Assembly (NCBI RefSeq): GCF_035594765.1
Contig: NC_085844.1
Location: 188,682,107 to 188,746,106 of the forward strand
From: Anolis carolinensis
Lineage: Eukaryota
Direction: 5' to 3'
DNA length: 64,000 bases
Of this stretch, positions 51,349 to 63,417 are shown one piece after another. Every line of letters begins with the position of its first letter. The first letter of the stretch is position 1. The notes beneath the pieces are model-generated. The model was not told the origin of the DNA, searched no databases, and saw nothing but the letters and a program-made list of their open reading frames with translations. The translations under genes were made by a program, and so were the position numbers.

Positions 51349-52671
51349 TTAGGCTAATCAGTACAGAAAGAAAATCTGGAGATTTGGGGGACAGAAACAG
51401 CCTGAAGAAAGAGTACTAGTAGGTGGTTGCTTATGGCCTTCAGAAAAGAAACCAGAAATTAACAACAACAACAACAACAGATTGTCTTGGACACTCTGAT
51501 TGAGATTCTAGTCATACCTAGTTTTTAACTGCCATTTCTACTTAAATTTAGCACTGTGAGTTTGAGCATTGGAGGACACATCTCAAAGTTAGCAGCAGCC
51601 AACTCATTCCACTTCAACGCTAACACTCAACATTGGTTTGCGATGCCACAGTTGCTACATACGTTTGGGAAGTCCAAGCCCAGTTTCTCCTTCACACTAG
51701 TCCACTGACTTGTGTCAAAATCAGGAGCTGTAAATAAGGAAGCAAATCATAAATGCCAAACCCTTGTTTGTACTTGTCCAGAGTTATTTTTACTACTATA
51801 TCTATAGCTTGCAGGTTCAGGAATGACTGAGATTCCAATAAGCAATAGTAATATAAACTACATTGCAAAAGAGATCACAACTTATTAGTTTCAGCTGTAC
51901 CTGTCCCCGCTGGTTTGCTTTTAATTACTCTGATTTTATCTCCTTGTATTTTAATGTATTGTCCATTTTTTTATTTTGTGTATCATTGAAATGTTTTAAG
52001 TTTTGTCAAATATGTTGTGTCGTTTTTCGGGCTTGTCCCTGTTGTGAGCTGCCCCGAGTCCCTTCGGGGAAATGGGGCAGGATATAAAAATAAAGTTGTT
52101 GATGATGATGATGATTATTATTATTATTACAATCCAGTCTCCAAGAAGTAGTCCCTTATGCTGCAAGCCCAACTTGGGTTGGATCTACACTGTCATAAAA
52201 TCCAGTTTCAGAATGCAGATTAACTGCTTTGAACTGAATTATATGAGTCTGCCAAGTAATCAAGTTAAATGCTGGATTCAAAAACTGATTATATGGCAGT
52301 GTAAGATAGGGCCTTGTAAGCAACTCCTGCCAAACGTAATAGGACTTGCTTCATAGATAAAAAGTGAAACAATATACAATTTATGTTTGTCACAGTAATA
52401 TCTAAACATTTCACCTTCTCATTTATCCAACTGCATTGTATCATCTTTTTTCACAACACCATCATCTTTTGCTAATTAATCTTTAATTCTGTCAACTCTC
52501 CAGATCCTTTCATCTTCTCCAGTAATGGATGTATGCTTTCTATTCAAAGCCCCAAGAGCTAAAATAAACAAGAATTGAGATAATGGGAGACTTTGCCTTT
52601 TTGTTTTTTTATTTCACATGGTTTTATTACTTTATCATTAACTGAGATTTGTGCCTTCTGTAAAATATAAA

Positions 52672-52968
52672 TTTTATTTATTTATGTACTTATTGTATCA
52701 GAAGCAAACCAAGGGTGCAAGTTGTAATGTATTTGAAAACACAAACAAAGTTAAAAACTTGGCATTATACTAAATGTCCTTTGAGCAGTAGTTGGCCACT
52801 TGGAGTGCCTCTGGTGTTGCTGTAAGAAGGTCCTCCATTGTGCATGTGGCAGGGCTCAGACTGCAATGTAGTAGGTGGTCTGTGGTTTGCTCTTCTCCAC
52901 ACTCGCATGCCATGGACTCCACTTTGTGGCTCCATTTCTTAAGGTTGGCTCTGCATCTCATGGTGCCA
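52672..52968 (-). mobile_element. Vingi-type retrotransposon 3' end
   Basis: ORF 52770-52979 RCRANLKKW..CECGEEQTTDHLLHC; (TAAA)n tail. Confidence 0.75.
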
Positions 52969-53407
52969 ACGTTATACATTAATTCATTTAGTTAAATTAT
53001 TACCAAAGTTCATCTCTTCCAAAAAACTACTAAAAAGGCCCAGGGAACAGTGAATGGGGCAGGGCTTCGCACAGTAAGGAATGGTTCCCTGACTTATGAC
53101 CATGTAAATGTAGAATCTCTTTTAGGAAACACAATATCTAAACCAGGGGTGGTCTGTTTCTTGTTGTTGAACTACAACTCCCATTAGCCACAACAAGCAC
53201 AATCAGGGGACATGGAAGCAACAAGTTTGAAACCATAAAGGAAAAAAGAAATAGATGTGAGAATAAAGGACTTGTATTATGTAAACTCCCCTCTCTAACT
53301 AATTACTTTATAAGAGCACATGTGGTTGTTGTTGAACTCCAACTTGCATCAATCCCAGCAAGCACAATCAGTGGTCAGGGATCCTGGGAATTGCATTCCT
53401 TACAATG

Positions 53408-53460
<53 letters not shown>

Positions 53461-54310
53461 TTGACTATATGTGATCTAAATAATCTGATTTAGGAAGATA
53501 TGAGATTACCAGTTTCAAAGTACATCAGATTTATATTATTGGCATTCTTTCCATCTCATCTTGCTTGCAGAACTAGTTCCTAGTTTTTCAAGTCTAAGTT
53601 GACTCCTCTAATCAGTAGACCACATTCATATGAAATGTGACTTTTAGACATAAAAAACCAGGTCTTTAGTCATCTTATATCAAAAGGAAAAAATATATTT
53701 ACATTGTTCTTTTACATGCCTAAATAATCAGCAGATGGGATATTAATCTTGCCTATAACCATCCCGTTATGACACTGGTATTAGAGTAAAAAGTCAGATT
53801 TTGCTAACTGTTACTTAGAGGTCTAGTCTCATGAAACCGTGAATTATGATATTTTCCTTTTTAAAAATAAAGAGTGATGGAGAACCCCTGAGACCATAAA
53901 AATCTAGTAGACCAGAAATATTTAATAAGTGGGATTTTAGAACTGCCAGAATGTTTAATGTAGTGTAACATTCTGTTTCAGGCAAACACTGAGAGAAGCC
54001 AAGCATGAAGGCAGTGGCCTCCACCTCTTGTCCTTTCCCAGTATTTGGTAATTATACTGTCTTTGCTCTGGGAGATCCTTCTTGTATATTAAGCTAAGTG
54101 CAGGAGGGCTAGTGCAATATGAGCTTATGGGAGAAACAGGGAAAATGATACTGGGTGCTCTTGAAAGATTTTTTTAAGACTTACCTTATATACATATGAA
54201 TGAGTCTAGAAAATTTAGTCAAAAATCAGCTCTGAAGACCTGGGTTGATTTAACCATGTGAGGACTGTACCTTAATTCCTATCAAAAAAGGTACTCTTCT
54301 CATTATCTGA

Positions 54311-54720
54311 GGCCCCTTCTACACTGCCATTATCTGTTTTGAACTGGATTATATGGCGGTGTAGACTCAGGACCCTTCTACACTTTCATATCATCCAGAT
54401 TATTAAAGCAGATAATACACATTATCTGCTTTGAACTGGATTGTATGAGTCTACACTGCCATATAATCCAATTCAAAGCAGATAATCTGGATTTATTCAG
54501 CAGTGTAGAAGGGGCCTCATATAATCCAGTTCATAGTAGATAATCTGGATATTTGATTTGATAGTTTGGATTATCTGGCAGTGTAGAAATTGGATCTACA
54601 ATGCCCTTTATCCCAGGATATCATCCCAGATTATCTGGCAGTATAGACTCATATAATCCAGTTCAAAGCAGATAATCTGGAATTGGAGCCTGGGATATAG
54701 GGCAGTGTAGATCCAGTCTC
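54311..54720. mobile_element. Harbinger-like MITE cluster with internal inverted repeats
   Basis: Repeated tctacactgccatataatccagttcaaagcagataatctgg units in both orientations. Confidence 0.6.
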
Positions 54721-55271
54721 AGATGCTTCCTTCTTCCACAGAATGAACCTCAACTTAACCATTCTTTTATCAGGCTATAATTTTGGCCTCCAAATCTGCC
54801 ATTGATTTATACACAAATGTATATGTCTCAGGAAATGAGAACGTGACCTAACTTAACCCTGATTAGAAGAGCCCCCAAAAGATGGCTCTTAAGTGTAGGG
54901 TTAAGGTTGGGGCTTCACAGATGGTCCTTCCTAGATAAAGAGACAAACTGGTTCCTTGAGAGAAGTGACATCTATAAGTAAGAAACATGCCAAAAAGCTT
55001 AAGTGCATAGAGCAAATAAAGCTACAAAAGTGAAAACACAGGGCTCGCCTTAGGTAGACTCTCCTCTCCCACTAATCGGTTCATTCAAGCATGGATGCCT
55101 CTTTGCTGCCAGTACTCGGACTCCTCACCTTCACCAAAACGATACCGTTTGTCTTCATAGGGTGTTTCTGTGTATTCTAGAAGGAGCCTGATTGCATGGG
55201 CGAGCTGCAACAAAGACAAAGGCAAAGAATTACTGGAGAGTTAGGAAGAGCTGCCCAAGAGGCAGGGAATA

Positions 55272-55913
55272 GGCTGGATTGCTGTGCGTTTTCCGGGCTA
55301 TATGGCCATGTTCCAGTAGCATTCTCTCCTGACATTTCACCCACATTTATGCAGGCATCCGCAGAGATTGTGAGGTATTGGAAACTAGGCAAGTGGGGTT
55401 TATATATCTGTGGAAGGTCCAGGGTGGGAGAAAGAACTCTTGACTGTTGGAGGCAGGTGTGAATATTGCAATTGATCACCTTGATCAGGACTGAATAGCC
55501 TGGCAGCTGCAAGATCTGACTGATTCCTGCTTGAGGGAATCCTTTGTTGAGAGGTGTTAGCTGGCCCTGATTGTTTCATGTCTTGTTTTCAGAGTGTTGT
55601 TCTTTATTTAATGTCCTGATTTTAGATTTTTTTAATACTGGTAGCCAGATTTCATTCATTTTCATGGTTTCTTCCTTTCTGTTGAAATTGTCCATATACC
55701 TGTGGCTTTCTCTGTGTAGTCTGACATGGTGGCTGTTATTCCATAGACATATAAATCCCACTTGCCTAGCTTCCAACAGACCTCCCAACCTCTGAGGATG
55801 CCTGCCATAGATGTGGGTGAAACGTCAGAAGAGAATGCTTCTGGAACATGACCATACAGCCCGCAAAACTCACAGCAACCCAGTGTGAAAGGCCATGAAA
55901 GCCTTCGGCAACA
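55272..55913. mobile_element. Penelope-like insertion with inverted structure (55272-55735 -, 55742-55913 +)
   Basis: HHVRLHRE..DNFNRKEETMKMNEIWLPVLK on - strand; second terminal repeat in opposite orientation. Confidence 0.8.
55789..55829 (+). ncRNA. Minimal type I hammerhead ribozyme motif (Penelope-associated)
   Basis: CTGAGGA (55792-55798), stem II gcctgc/gtgggt, GAAAC (55819-55823), GTC triplet; weak stem I; activity untested. Confidence 0.5.
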
Positions 55914-57084
55914 CACGGAATAGGCTGCTTCAGAGTCTGGTGAAGTCTCCTTCTCTTGAGGTTTTTAAGCAGAAGCTGGATGGCCATCTGCTGGGAGTGC
56001 TCTGATTGTGCGTCTTTGCATTTCAAGAGCATCCAATTCTACTATTCTCCGATTTATCAGGCATTAGCCTTCTCTGCCCTAGAGTGCTGCAGCTCACTAC
56101 AACTCCCAGGATCCCCATGGCAGTTAAATTAATGTAGGTGTCAAACTGCAATAATCCTGAAGTGTAGATGCACCCTCAAGGCAGACATGAAAAGTTGAGG
56201 TGTCCGCCTTTCCGCCCCTGGAAAAGCTTCACTTGTTGAACATCTGTCTCTAAATGCAACAGCCGAAAACCCCTTCCAATGGATCCCTGCTCCTTCCAAA
56301 GGGCTCTGACTTATCCCACGGATGTCCCAGTAGCCCAGCGTGACGCTCATCTTCTTCCCAACTTTGCCCTTTCTGCTCCTGCCTCTTACACGCTCTCCTC
56401 TCCCGTGGGAACACTCTCAGACTAGAGATCTAAAGCAGGCTCCCTCCTCCCATTCTTAGTGTCGTCTGCTTCCTATAGAACTCTGGGAAATGTAGTTTGG
56501 AAAGGTGAGGACCTTTCTAGCCGAGAATGCCAAAGGCCCCGCCCTAAACTACATTTCCCAGAATTTTGCAGGAAGCCGAAGACACCAAGAATGTGGGGGT
56601 GCTCACTTTAAAATGCTAATCTTTTTTCAAATCCCAGTGTCGAAAATGTTAATTGCTGGTCTTATAAAACCTTATCAACTTGTTAAGAGATCTCACTGGA
56701 AACAAAATATGGTCACAGTTAAGCAACCTTTAGACTCCTTATGAACTTTTAACAGTGTCAAACGCAGAGCAGGAAGTTCCAAAGGGTGCATCTATACTGT
56801 GGAATGAATGCAGTTTGACACCACTTCAACTGCCATGGCTCGATGCCATGGAATCATTGACCTCAAAGGAATTGTGAAGAATCAAAGGAATTACAGAGGA
56901 AGAATGGAAATGGGAAGAGCTGGATGTGAGCATGGGACTATGACTCTGGAGACCAGGGTTTGAATCCTCACTTGGGCATGAATGCATGCGTAAGTCACAC
57001 TCTCTCAGCCTCAGCAGGAGGCTGTAGTTTGGTGAGGCACCAGCACTCTTGGACAGAGAAGACTAACGCTCTTGTAAAACTACA

Positions 57085-57486
57085 AGCGCGGCTGGTGGGG
57101 ACGAGAGACAGGGCCTTCTCGGTGGTGGCTCCTCGGCTATGGAACTCCCTCCCCAGTGACATCCAGCAGGATCCATCCCTTCTGGGATTTAGAAAGAAGT
57201 TGAAGACCTGGCTATGCGCACAATGAACTCAGTTAGCGTTGACATGGATTGGATTAAGGCTTTTGCACAAGGTCTGATGAATGATTGGCATATATATTCG
57301 GTGTTGCGCTGTGATAAATCTTGTATATCTTTATTTTACTATGTTATTTAACTATTTTAACTGTTTTATTCTTATTTTATTGTATTATGATGTACTGGTA
57401 GTGATCCTGCCAGTTATGTAAGTCACCCTGAGTCCCCTCGGAGAGAAGGGCAGGGTAGAAATAGCGGAAATAAATAAATAAATAAT
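57085..57486 (+). mobile_element. L2 LINE 3' end
   Basis: RDRAFSVVAPRLWNSLP...FRKKLKTWL; (TAAA)n tail. Confidence 0.85.
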
Positions 57487-58235
57487 ATAGCTCTCATGAT
57501 TCCAGAGCATTCAGACGTATGGCAGTGAACGTGGTGTCAAACTGCATCCATTCTACAGTCTAGAATCAAGCATGGGCAAACCTCGGCCCTTCAGGTGTTT
57601 TGGACTTTAACTCCCACAATTCCTAACAATTCCGGTAGGCTGTTAGGAATGCCCATGCCTAGTGTAACTGCACCATGAGACTGAGAAAAAAAACTTATAC
57701 TATAAGGTTTTGTGAAGATTTCTTTTTGGTGGGGTACATATACACCCCAGAAATGAAAACTGGAACATTAATATATGTTGTGTGCTAGGAGACCATGATC
57801 CCTTTTCAGTCCTTTGGTTTAGTGTTGTGTGCCTTTAAGATGTTTTTGATTGATTGATTGACTGATTTACAGTATTTATATTCTGCCCTTCTCACCCTGA
57901 AGGGGACTCAGGGCGGATCACAATGTACACATACATGGCAAACATTCAATGCCATATGACATACAGACAGAGACAAAGACACAGAGGCTATTTAACATTT
58001 TCCAGCCTCCAGGCTTCATGAGGGTATGCTCAATTCCGGCCACAGGGTCATTTATTGTGACCCTAATGTGAAACTGTTATTTGAATGTTCTCAGCAGGAA
58101 GGATATGCCATTCTTCAAAAAGGACTTGCCATTGCCTCCCACTGAGGCTGAGAGAGTGTGACTTACCCATGAATTCATGGCCAAGTGGGGATTCAAGCCC
58201 CGGTCTCCAGAGTCATAGTCCAATGCTCAAATCCA

Positions 58236-58500
58236 GCTTTTCCCCTTTCCATTCAGTCAGCGTTTTCCATAGACACCTCCAAGGTCATGTGGCTGGCATG
58301 ACTGCATGGAGCAGCGTTACCTTCCCCCCGGAGCGGTACCTATTGATCTACTCACATTTGCATATTTTTGAACTGCTAGGTTGGCAGAAGCTGGGGCTAA
58401 CAGCAGGCGCTAACCCCGCTCCCCGGATTCGAACTGCAAACCTTTTGGTCAGCAAGTTCAACAGCTCAGTGGTTTAACCCACTGTACCACCGGGGGCTCC
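58236..58500 (-). mobile_element. Sauria SINE (3'-truncated)
   Basis: Head and core match other copies. Confidence 0.8.
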
Positions 58501-59201
58501 ATTGGGAATTGTATTTCACTACATTTAGAAGACATGAGGTTGCCTAGCCCTCACTTTCCATGACTGAGCAAACAGTATTTCAGGCTGTGTGCATATGCAT
58601 CTTCTGTATCACTGGGTATCCTGTCTTGGTGCCTTCTGATGGCATGAAAATATTTGCATTCTTTCTCATTAGAAATGGGTGGGAATCATAAGATGTTCTT
58701 GACTTGCAGCTCCATGCACTGTACACCTTAGCTATGTTGGCTAGGGCTGATGAATGTTGCAGCACATCAGCATTGGGTGGGCTACATTATCCCCCACTGT
58801 TATATCAGAAGGTAATCACTAGTTTAGATTTGCTAGAACTTTGATCCTAACTTTAAAGTGGGGGAAACTAAATAAGATAATCCAAAAAGACTGTGTGATT
58901 ACTAACCTAAGATGCCGAGATGACTTTTCAGTCCCCAACAGCTTTTGTGATCTCATTCCTTGTGAAGTATTTTGGCTATTAAAACTGCTGTGTAACACTT
59001 TTGTAAAGCATGAAGGAGAGGTCAGTGATTCAAGGCTCCTCAGTGATAAAACAGATTGACACTTTTATTGGAACCCAAAATGCACAAAATATGCCATGAA
59101 AGTTTTCAAAACTTGACTGATTTTTCTCTATGAGGCATAGGTATTATATTTCACTGATACAATGTCTACAAGTGTCAGGTCAGCACTATTCTTGGTTCTT
59201 T

Positions 59202-62200
59202 TTACTCCTTTTTATTGCTCCACTTGGCGATTCTCCAGTAGATGGGAGTTCTGAGAAAACGGCCAGATTTCATGTAGGCAGAAATCTTCTCCAGTGCCTG
59301 CAGAGAAAGCCAACAGAAAGACCCTTATCAGACTCCACTGTCACTACATTTTTCATCTGTGTGCACATAAAAGAATGATTGAGAAAACTATAAATAACTG
59401 TTTAGTATCTAGATTTCTGCTGATTAATGTGGAGGAAAAGCGAACATCTGTTACCTGCTTCAGACAAGAAGGGTTTTCCTGATGTTCAGGAAACCCTATC
59501 AGGAAGAACATAGGCCATTATGAAGCCTCTGTAAGAAATACATATAGTTCTTCTATACAGAAATGTGTATTTATGCACATGTTTTCTGTACAGAAAAACG
59601 CATGCATTTCTCATGGGTAAGCATCTTCTTGGTGAATTATCATGGCATAAGTCAGATTAATACCATATCATAATTCACTGGTTACATCCCTGGTGGAGGT
59701 CAGACAGAATTCACTATCAACTGCATGAAGACCAACTTAACCTCTTAAAAAACAGTTTTTAGCAGCAATCCCAGAATCTGGGTATTTTCTAATTGGTGGA
59801 GAACAGGGGAGCAGCAGATAACATCCAGTTGTTTATTAAATTCTAGCCCCACATCTTCCTGGACAAAGAGCAACAACATCATCTTCCAGGACCTTTGGGG
59901 AACACAGAATTCCCATGAAGGCCTATGTGACTGTTGGGGGCAGCACATTTAAGACATTTTTAACTGTCCTGTCCTCCAAAAAGATGGTGCCGGTCTCCAA
60001 CTACCATTTTCTCTGAAAATTTAATATTGGAGTCTACTAAGCTTGCATCTTAAAGAAGTAGTTTATCCAAAATCAGGATTTACAAATAACAAAGAACAAT
60101 TTCTGATATCCCACCCAATGACAAAGCAAATGAACTAAAGTTTGTGACATCTAGTGATATAGTAGAAAGTGGAAAAAATTTGAAAGAATATTTTGAGTGA
60201 GGATCCTTTACCAAATTGTCTTTAATACTGGAGACGACAAGGGTGTTTCAAAAAGATGGATCCAATTTGAAATCACTTTATCTTTGCACTCACAAACCAT
60301 ACATGAATGAAACTCTTACCCCTTGAAAGGGCAGGCTATAGGGTTTCAAATGATTACCACTAGAGGCCTCTCCCAGCACATAAAAAGCCCCTCTCCACAG
60401 TTTTTTGCAAGATGGTGACCCTGCAACATAAGGCCTAAGGCGACAGTCTCCATTTGCAGAGTTAAGGTTTAGATTTGTTTCTGACTCATAATGGTTAATA
60501 AAAATTAATATCTAATTAAACCGTTTGCAACTGAATGTGCAATTGTAACATGTTGCTATCATGAAATATACCGCTCTGAAATTGGGTCATTATTTTGAAG
60601 CATCCTCTATGAAGCTTGCTTTTTTAAAAGGCAGTCCATAACAAAGGCCTAGAATTATTCCCAAAATCAGGGTTTACACACCTCAGAACAATTTCTGACA
60701 TCCCACTCTATGACAAAGGACTAAACTAGGCATTATGACATCTAATGACATGGTTGAAAGATGGATTATTTTGAGTCAGGATATTTTGAGTAAGGATATT
60801 TTGTCAATAATTCCACTAAATTTTCTTTGACGCTAATACCAGAACAACCTTTCACTTTGGAACTTCAAGCATAAGTCACAGTAAATTTCACCTCAAAGCG
60901 GTCTAGGAAATCCTTTAGATTTTTGAACTGATCCAAACATTTTGGCTCAAACATCCGCTGCACATCCAAAACATCATATGCGAGGAAATCTACATAGGTG
61001 ATCTAAGAAATTTCAAAAAACAGAAAGAAGTTATATATTGAACCACAGAGTTAAGCTGAATCTTGACTTCTGTATGAACCATATCCAACATATGTACCTT
61101 GTTTCCTGCAAACCATTTTCTGTCCCCCAGAAACTGGGAAAACTGCTTCAGCTTCCCAGGTTGCTGTTCAAGAAATTCAGGCTTCAATTTTTCCTGCAAA
61201 AAGAAATTAGGCTCAATTTCAGTAAATCTCTTTGAAAACCTCAAGAGGTTTCACATTCCTAAGTCTATTTCCCCACAATCCTCCCCCTATTTCTGCTAAC
61301 TTGATAAACATCTCTTTTGTCTCTTCCTAATCTGCAGAAAAAATGTTTGGCTATCATAGGTGATCCCTTGTTGTTGAGTATGATTGCCTTCTAAGGGTAG
61401 AGTCTTGATGGTGGGTCCGTAAGTGACTGTAGAAACCAATATGGATTCACATCGTCTTTCACAGTGAAGACATAGATTCCAGATGGAAGGCAGTTCCACA
61501 GCACTGTTGGTAACAGCTGACCTCTAGTTAGAATGCTCAAGGGCCACGGTTTCCCCGTTTTTGGTGTCTATGCCACAGTTTTACCTTTACCTTTAAGCCC
61601 ATCTTTAAATCTCTTTTCCTGTCCACCAGCATTCCATTTTCTGTATAGTAACTGCTTTGGAAGTGATTGGGCATTCAGACAATGTGGTCAGTCCAGCGAA
61701 GTTGATTGTGGAGGATCATTGCTTCAATGCTGGGGTTTTTTTTGCTTCTTCCAGAATACTGGTGTTTGTCTGTCTGTCTTCCCAAGAGATTCGCAGGATT
61801 TTTCGGAGGCAATGCTGATGGAATCATCCCAGAACTCGAGAGTGACATTTGTAGACAGTTCATATTTTGCAGGCATACAATAAAGATGGAAGGATAATAG
61901 TACCCTTACGAATGTCCTTATCCCCAAACACTCCTGCTTCATTCGAAAAAATGCTGCACTCACAGAGCTCAGATGGCATTGTATTTCAGCGTCAGTAAAC
62001 TTTTGTGGACAGATGTCTGCCTAGGTAACAGAAGTTATGTTGTCCTCCTTGGGTATCTCAGATAGAATGGTATCCAGTTGACAGTATAATTTTTCCTTGC
62101 CATCTTCATCAGCATCTAGTGTTAGTGCATAGACACTTATTATAATTGCCTGCTGGTTTTGGGTAAGATTAATTCAGAGGAATGACAGCCATTCATTAAT

Positions 62201-63417
62201 GCCAATAGTGGTTCAAAGAGATGCTTCACCAGGTCATTTCTGATAGCAAAGCGAACTCCAGATATTCACCATTCTTGTTCAGGTAGTTCCTTCCAGAAGA
62301 AGGTGTAACCTCTTTTTTCTTCCTCCAGCTGTCCCTCTCCTACTCCCCAGATCTCTTGGAGTGCTGCTATATCGATGTTAAAACACATCAGCTTCACTGG
62401 AATAACAGCAGTCCTACATTCAGGGTGTTTGTTGTCTGTGTTATCCAAGAGTGTTGAAATGTTCCACGTTCCAAAACTCATTTGTCTTTTTTGACCACAG
62501 GAAGCAGCAGTCCAGTCAGGGATAAGTAAGAGAGGCAAACTATGTTTAGGGCACCTTTTCTATCCCCTTCCCCATATGGGATGAGCAGAGTGGATGCCAA
62601 ATATGGCTGCACAGTTATGGATACAACTGCCAGACTGATCAACTGCCTCAGATCTTGAATTAGACTGACTGAATCCATATCCACCACTCATGTGTCGGTC
62701 AGTAGCTAGGGGCTTCCAGATTTTACAGTCCAACCCCCATTACCACTCAATAATTGCCATGAGATTTGGTTGGTTGTGGTTTGTGTTTGAGGACATCTGA
62801 GCAACAAATGTATTTTATGTGTGGAGATCAGTGCACAGCAACCAACATTTGGTAAGCCTTACAGAACTGATGTCCTCCAACACATGCACTTGATATTTAT
62901 CCTCCACATTATCATCAAACCACCTGCTGCATTCTCAGGGTCCTTCCACACAGCCAGAATATCAAGGTAGATAATCCACAATATCTGCTTTGAATTGGAT
63001 TATATGAGTCCACAGTTCAAAGCACATAATGTGGGATTTTATACAGCTGTCTGGAAGGGGCCTCATTTTTATTCAGGAAGGAGAACACAAGCCACAAAAC
63101 TCACAAAATCTGGGCTGTAGCATATTCTTGCAAGTTGCATTCGGAAATCCATGAGTTGGTTCTCAAGTATATCCATACGAATTATTTCTTCTTCAGTCTC
63201 ACCACCTGTAGCAACACAAGATACAGAGATGGTAAAAATTTGTGATAGAAACAGACTTTCATCACCATAGTGTCCTTATGTTACTTTGGGTTTTAAGCCA
63301 GGATTCAATAAATTACTGGCCTCATAAACACTCACACATCTTGTGCTTGCGTGCAAGGTACCGCAGGATGGCATTGCTCTGAGTGATCTTTGTCTCACCA
63401 TCAATGAGATATGGAAG
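59202..63417 (-). CDS. GSTM: Glutathione S-transferase Mu (GSTM-E), exons 4-8; exons 1-3 lie beyond the window end
   Basis: Exons 63336-63417, 63105-63205, 61098-61193, 60892-61002, 59202-59297. GT-AG, open frame ending ..[22 protein letters not shown] at 59064-59069. Confidence 0.93.
60238..60608. mobile_element. Tc1/mariner-like non-autonomous element
   Basis: Imperfect TIRs agggtgtttcaaaaagatg..ccaattt / aaattgggtcattattttgaagcatcct. Confidence 0.6.
61356..62830 (-). mobile_element. RTE-clade LINE, internally deleted (AP endonuclease region plus 3' end) in GSTM-E intron 5
   Basis: [12 protein letters not shown]...IDIAALQE...GEGQLEE..GYTFFW APE motifs; [12 protein letters not shown]-like downstream remnants. 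Confidence 0.8.

Larger units (their letters stand above)
47344..56350 (-). pseudogene. GSTM: Glutathione S-transferase Mu (GSTM-D), probable unprocessed pseudogene or null allele
   Basis: All 8 exons present with open frames (56315-56350, 55129-55204, 51663-51727, 50875-50956, 50688-50788, 50304-50399, 50095-50205, 47344-47439). The intron-1 donor reads ATAAGT instead of GTAAGT, the intron-3 acceptor reads CAA instead of CAG, and the GC-rich promoter segment is missing. Confidence 0.75.

Noticed and set aside
56309-56314. Minor-spliceosome AT-AC intron in GSTM-D
   Set aside because: Donor is ATAAGT, not ATATCC, and the acceptor is AG; better explained as a point mutation
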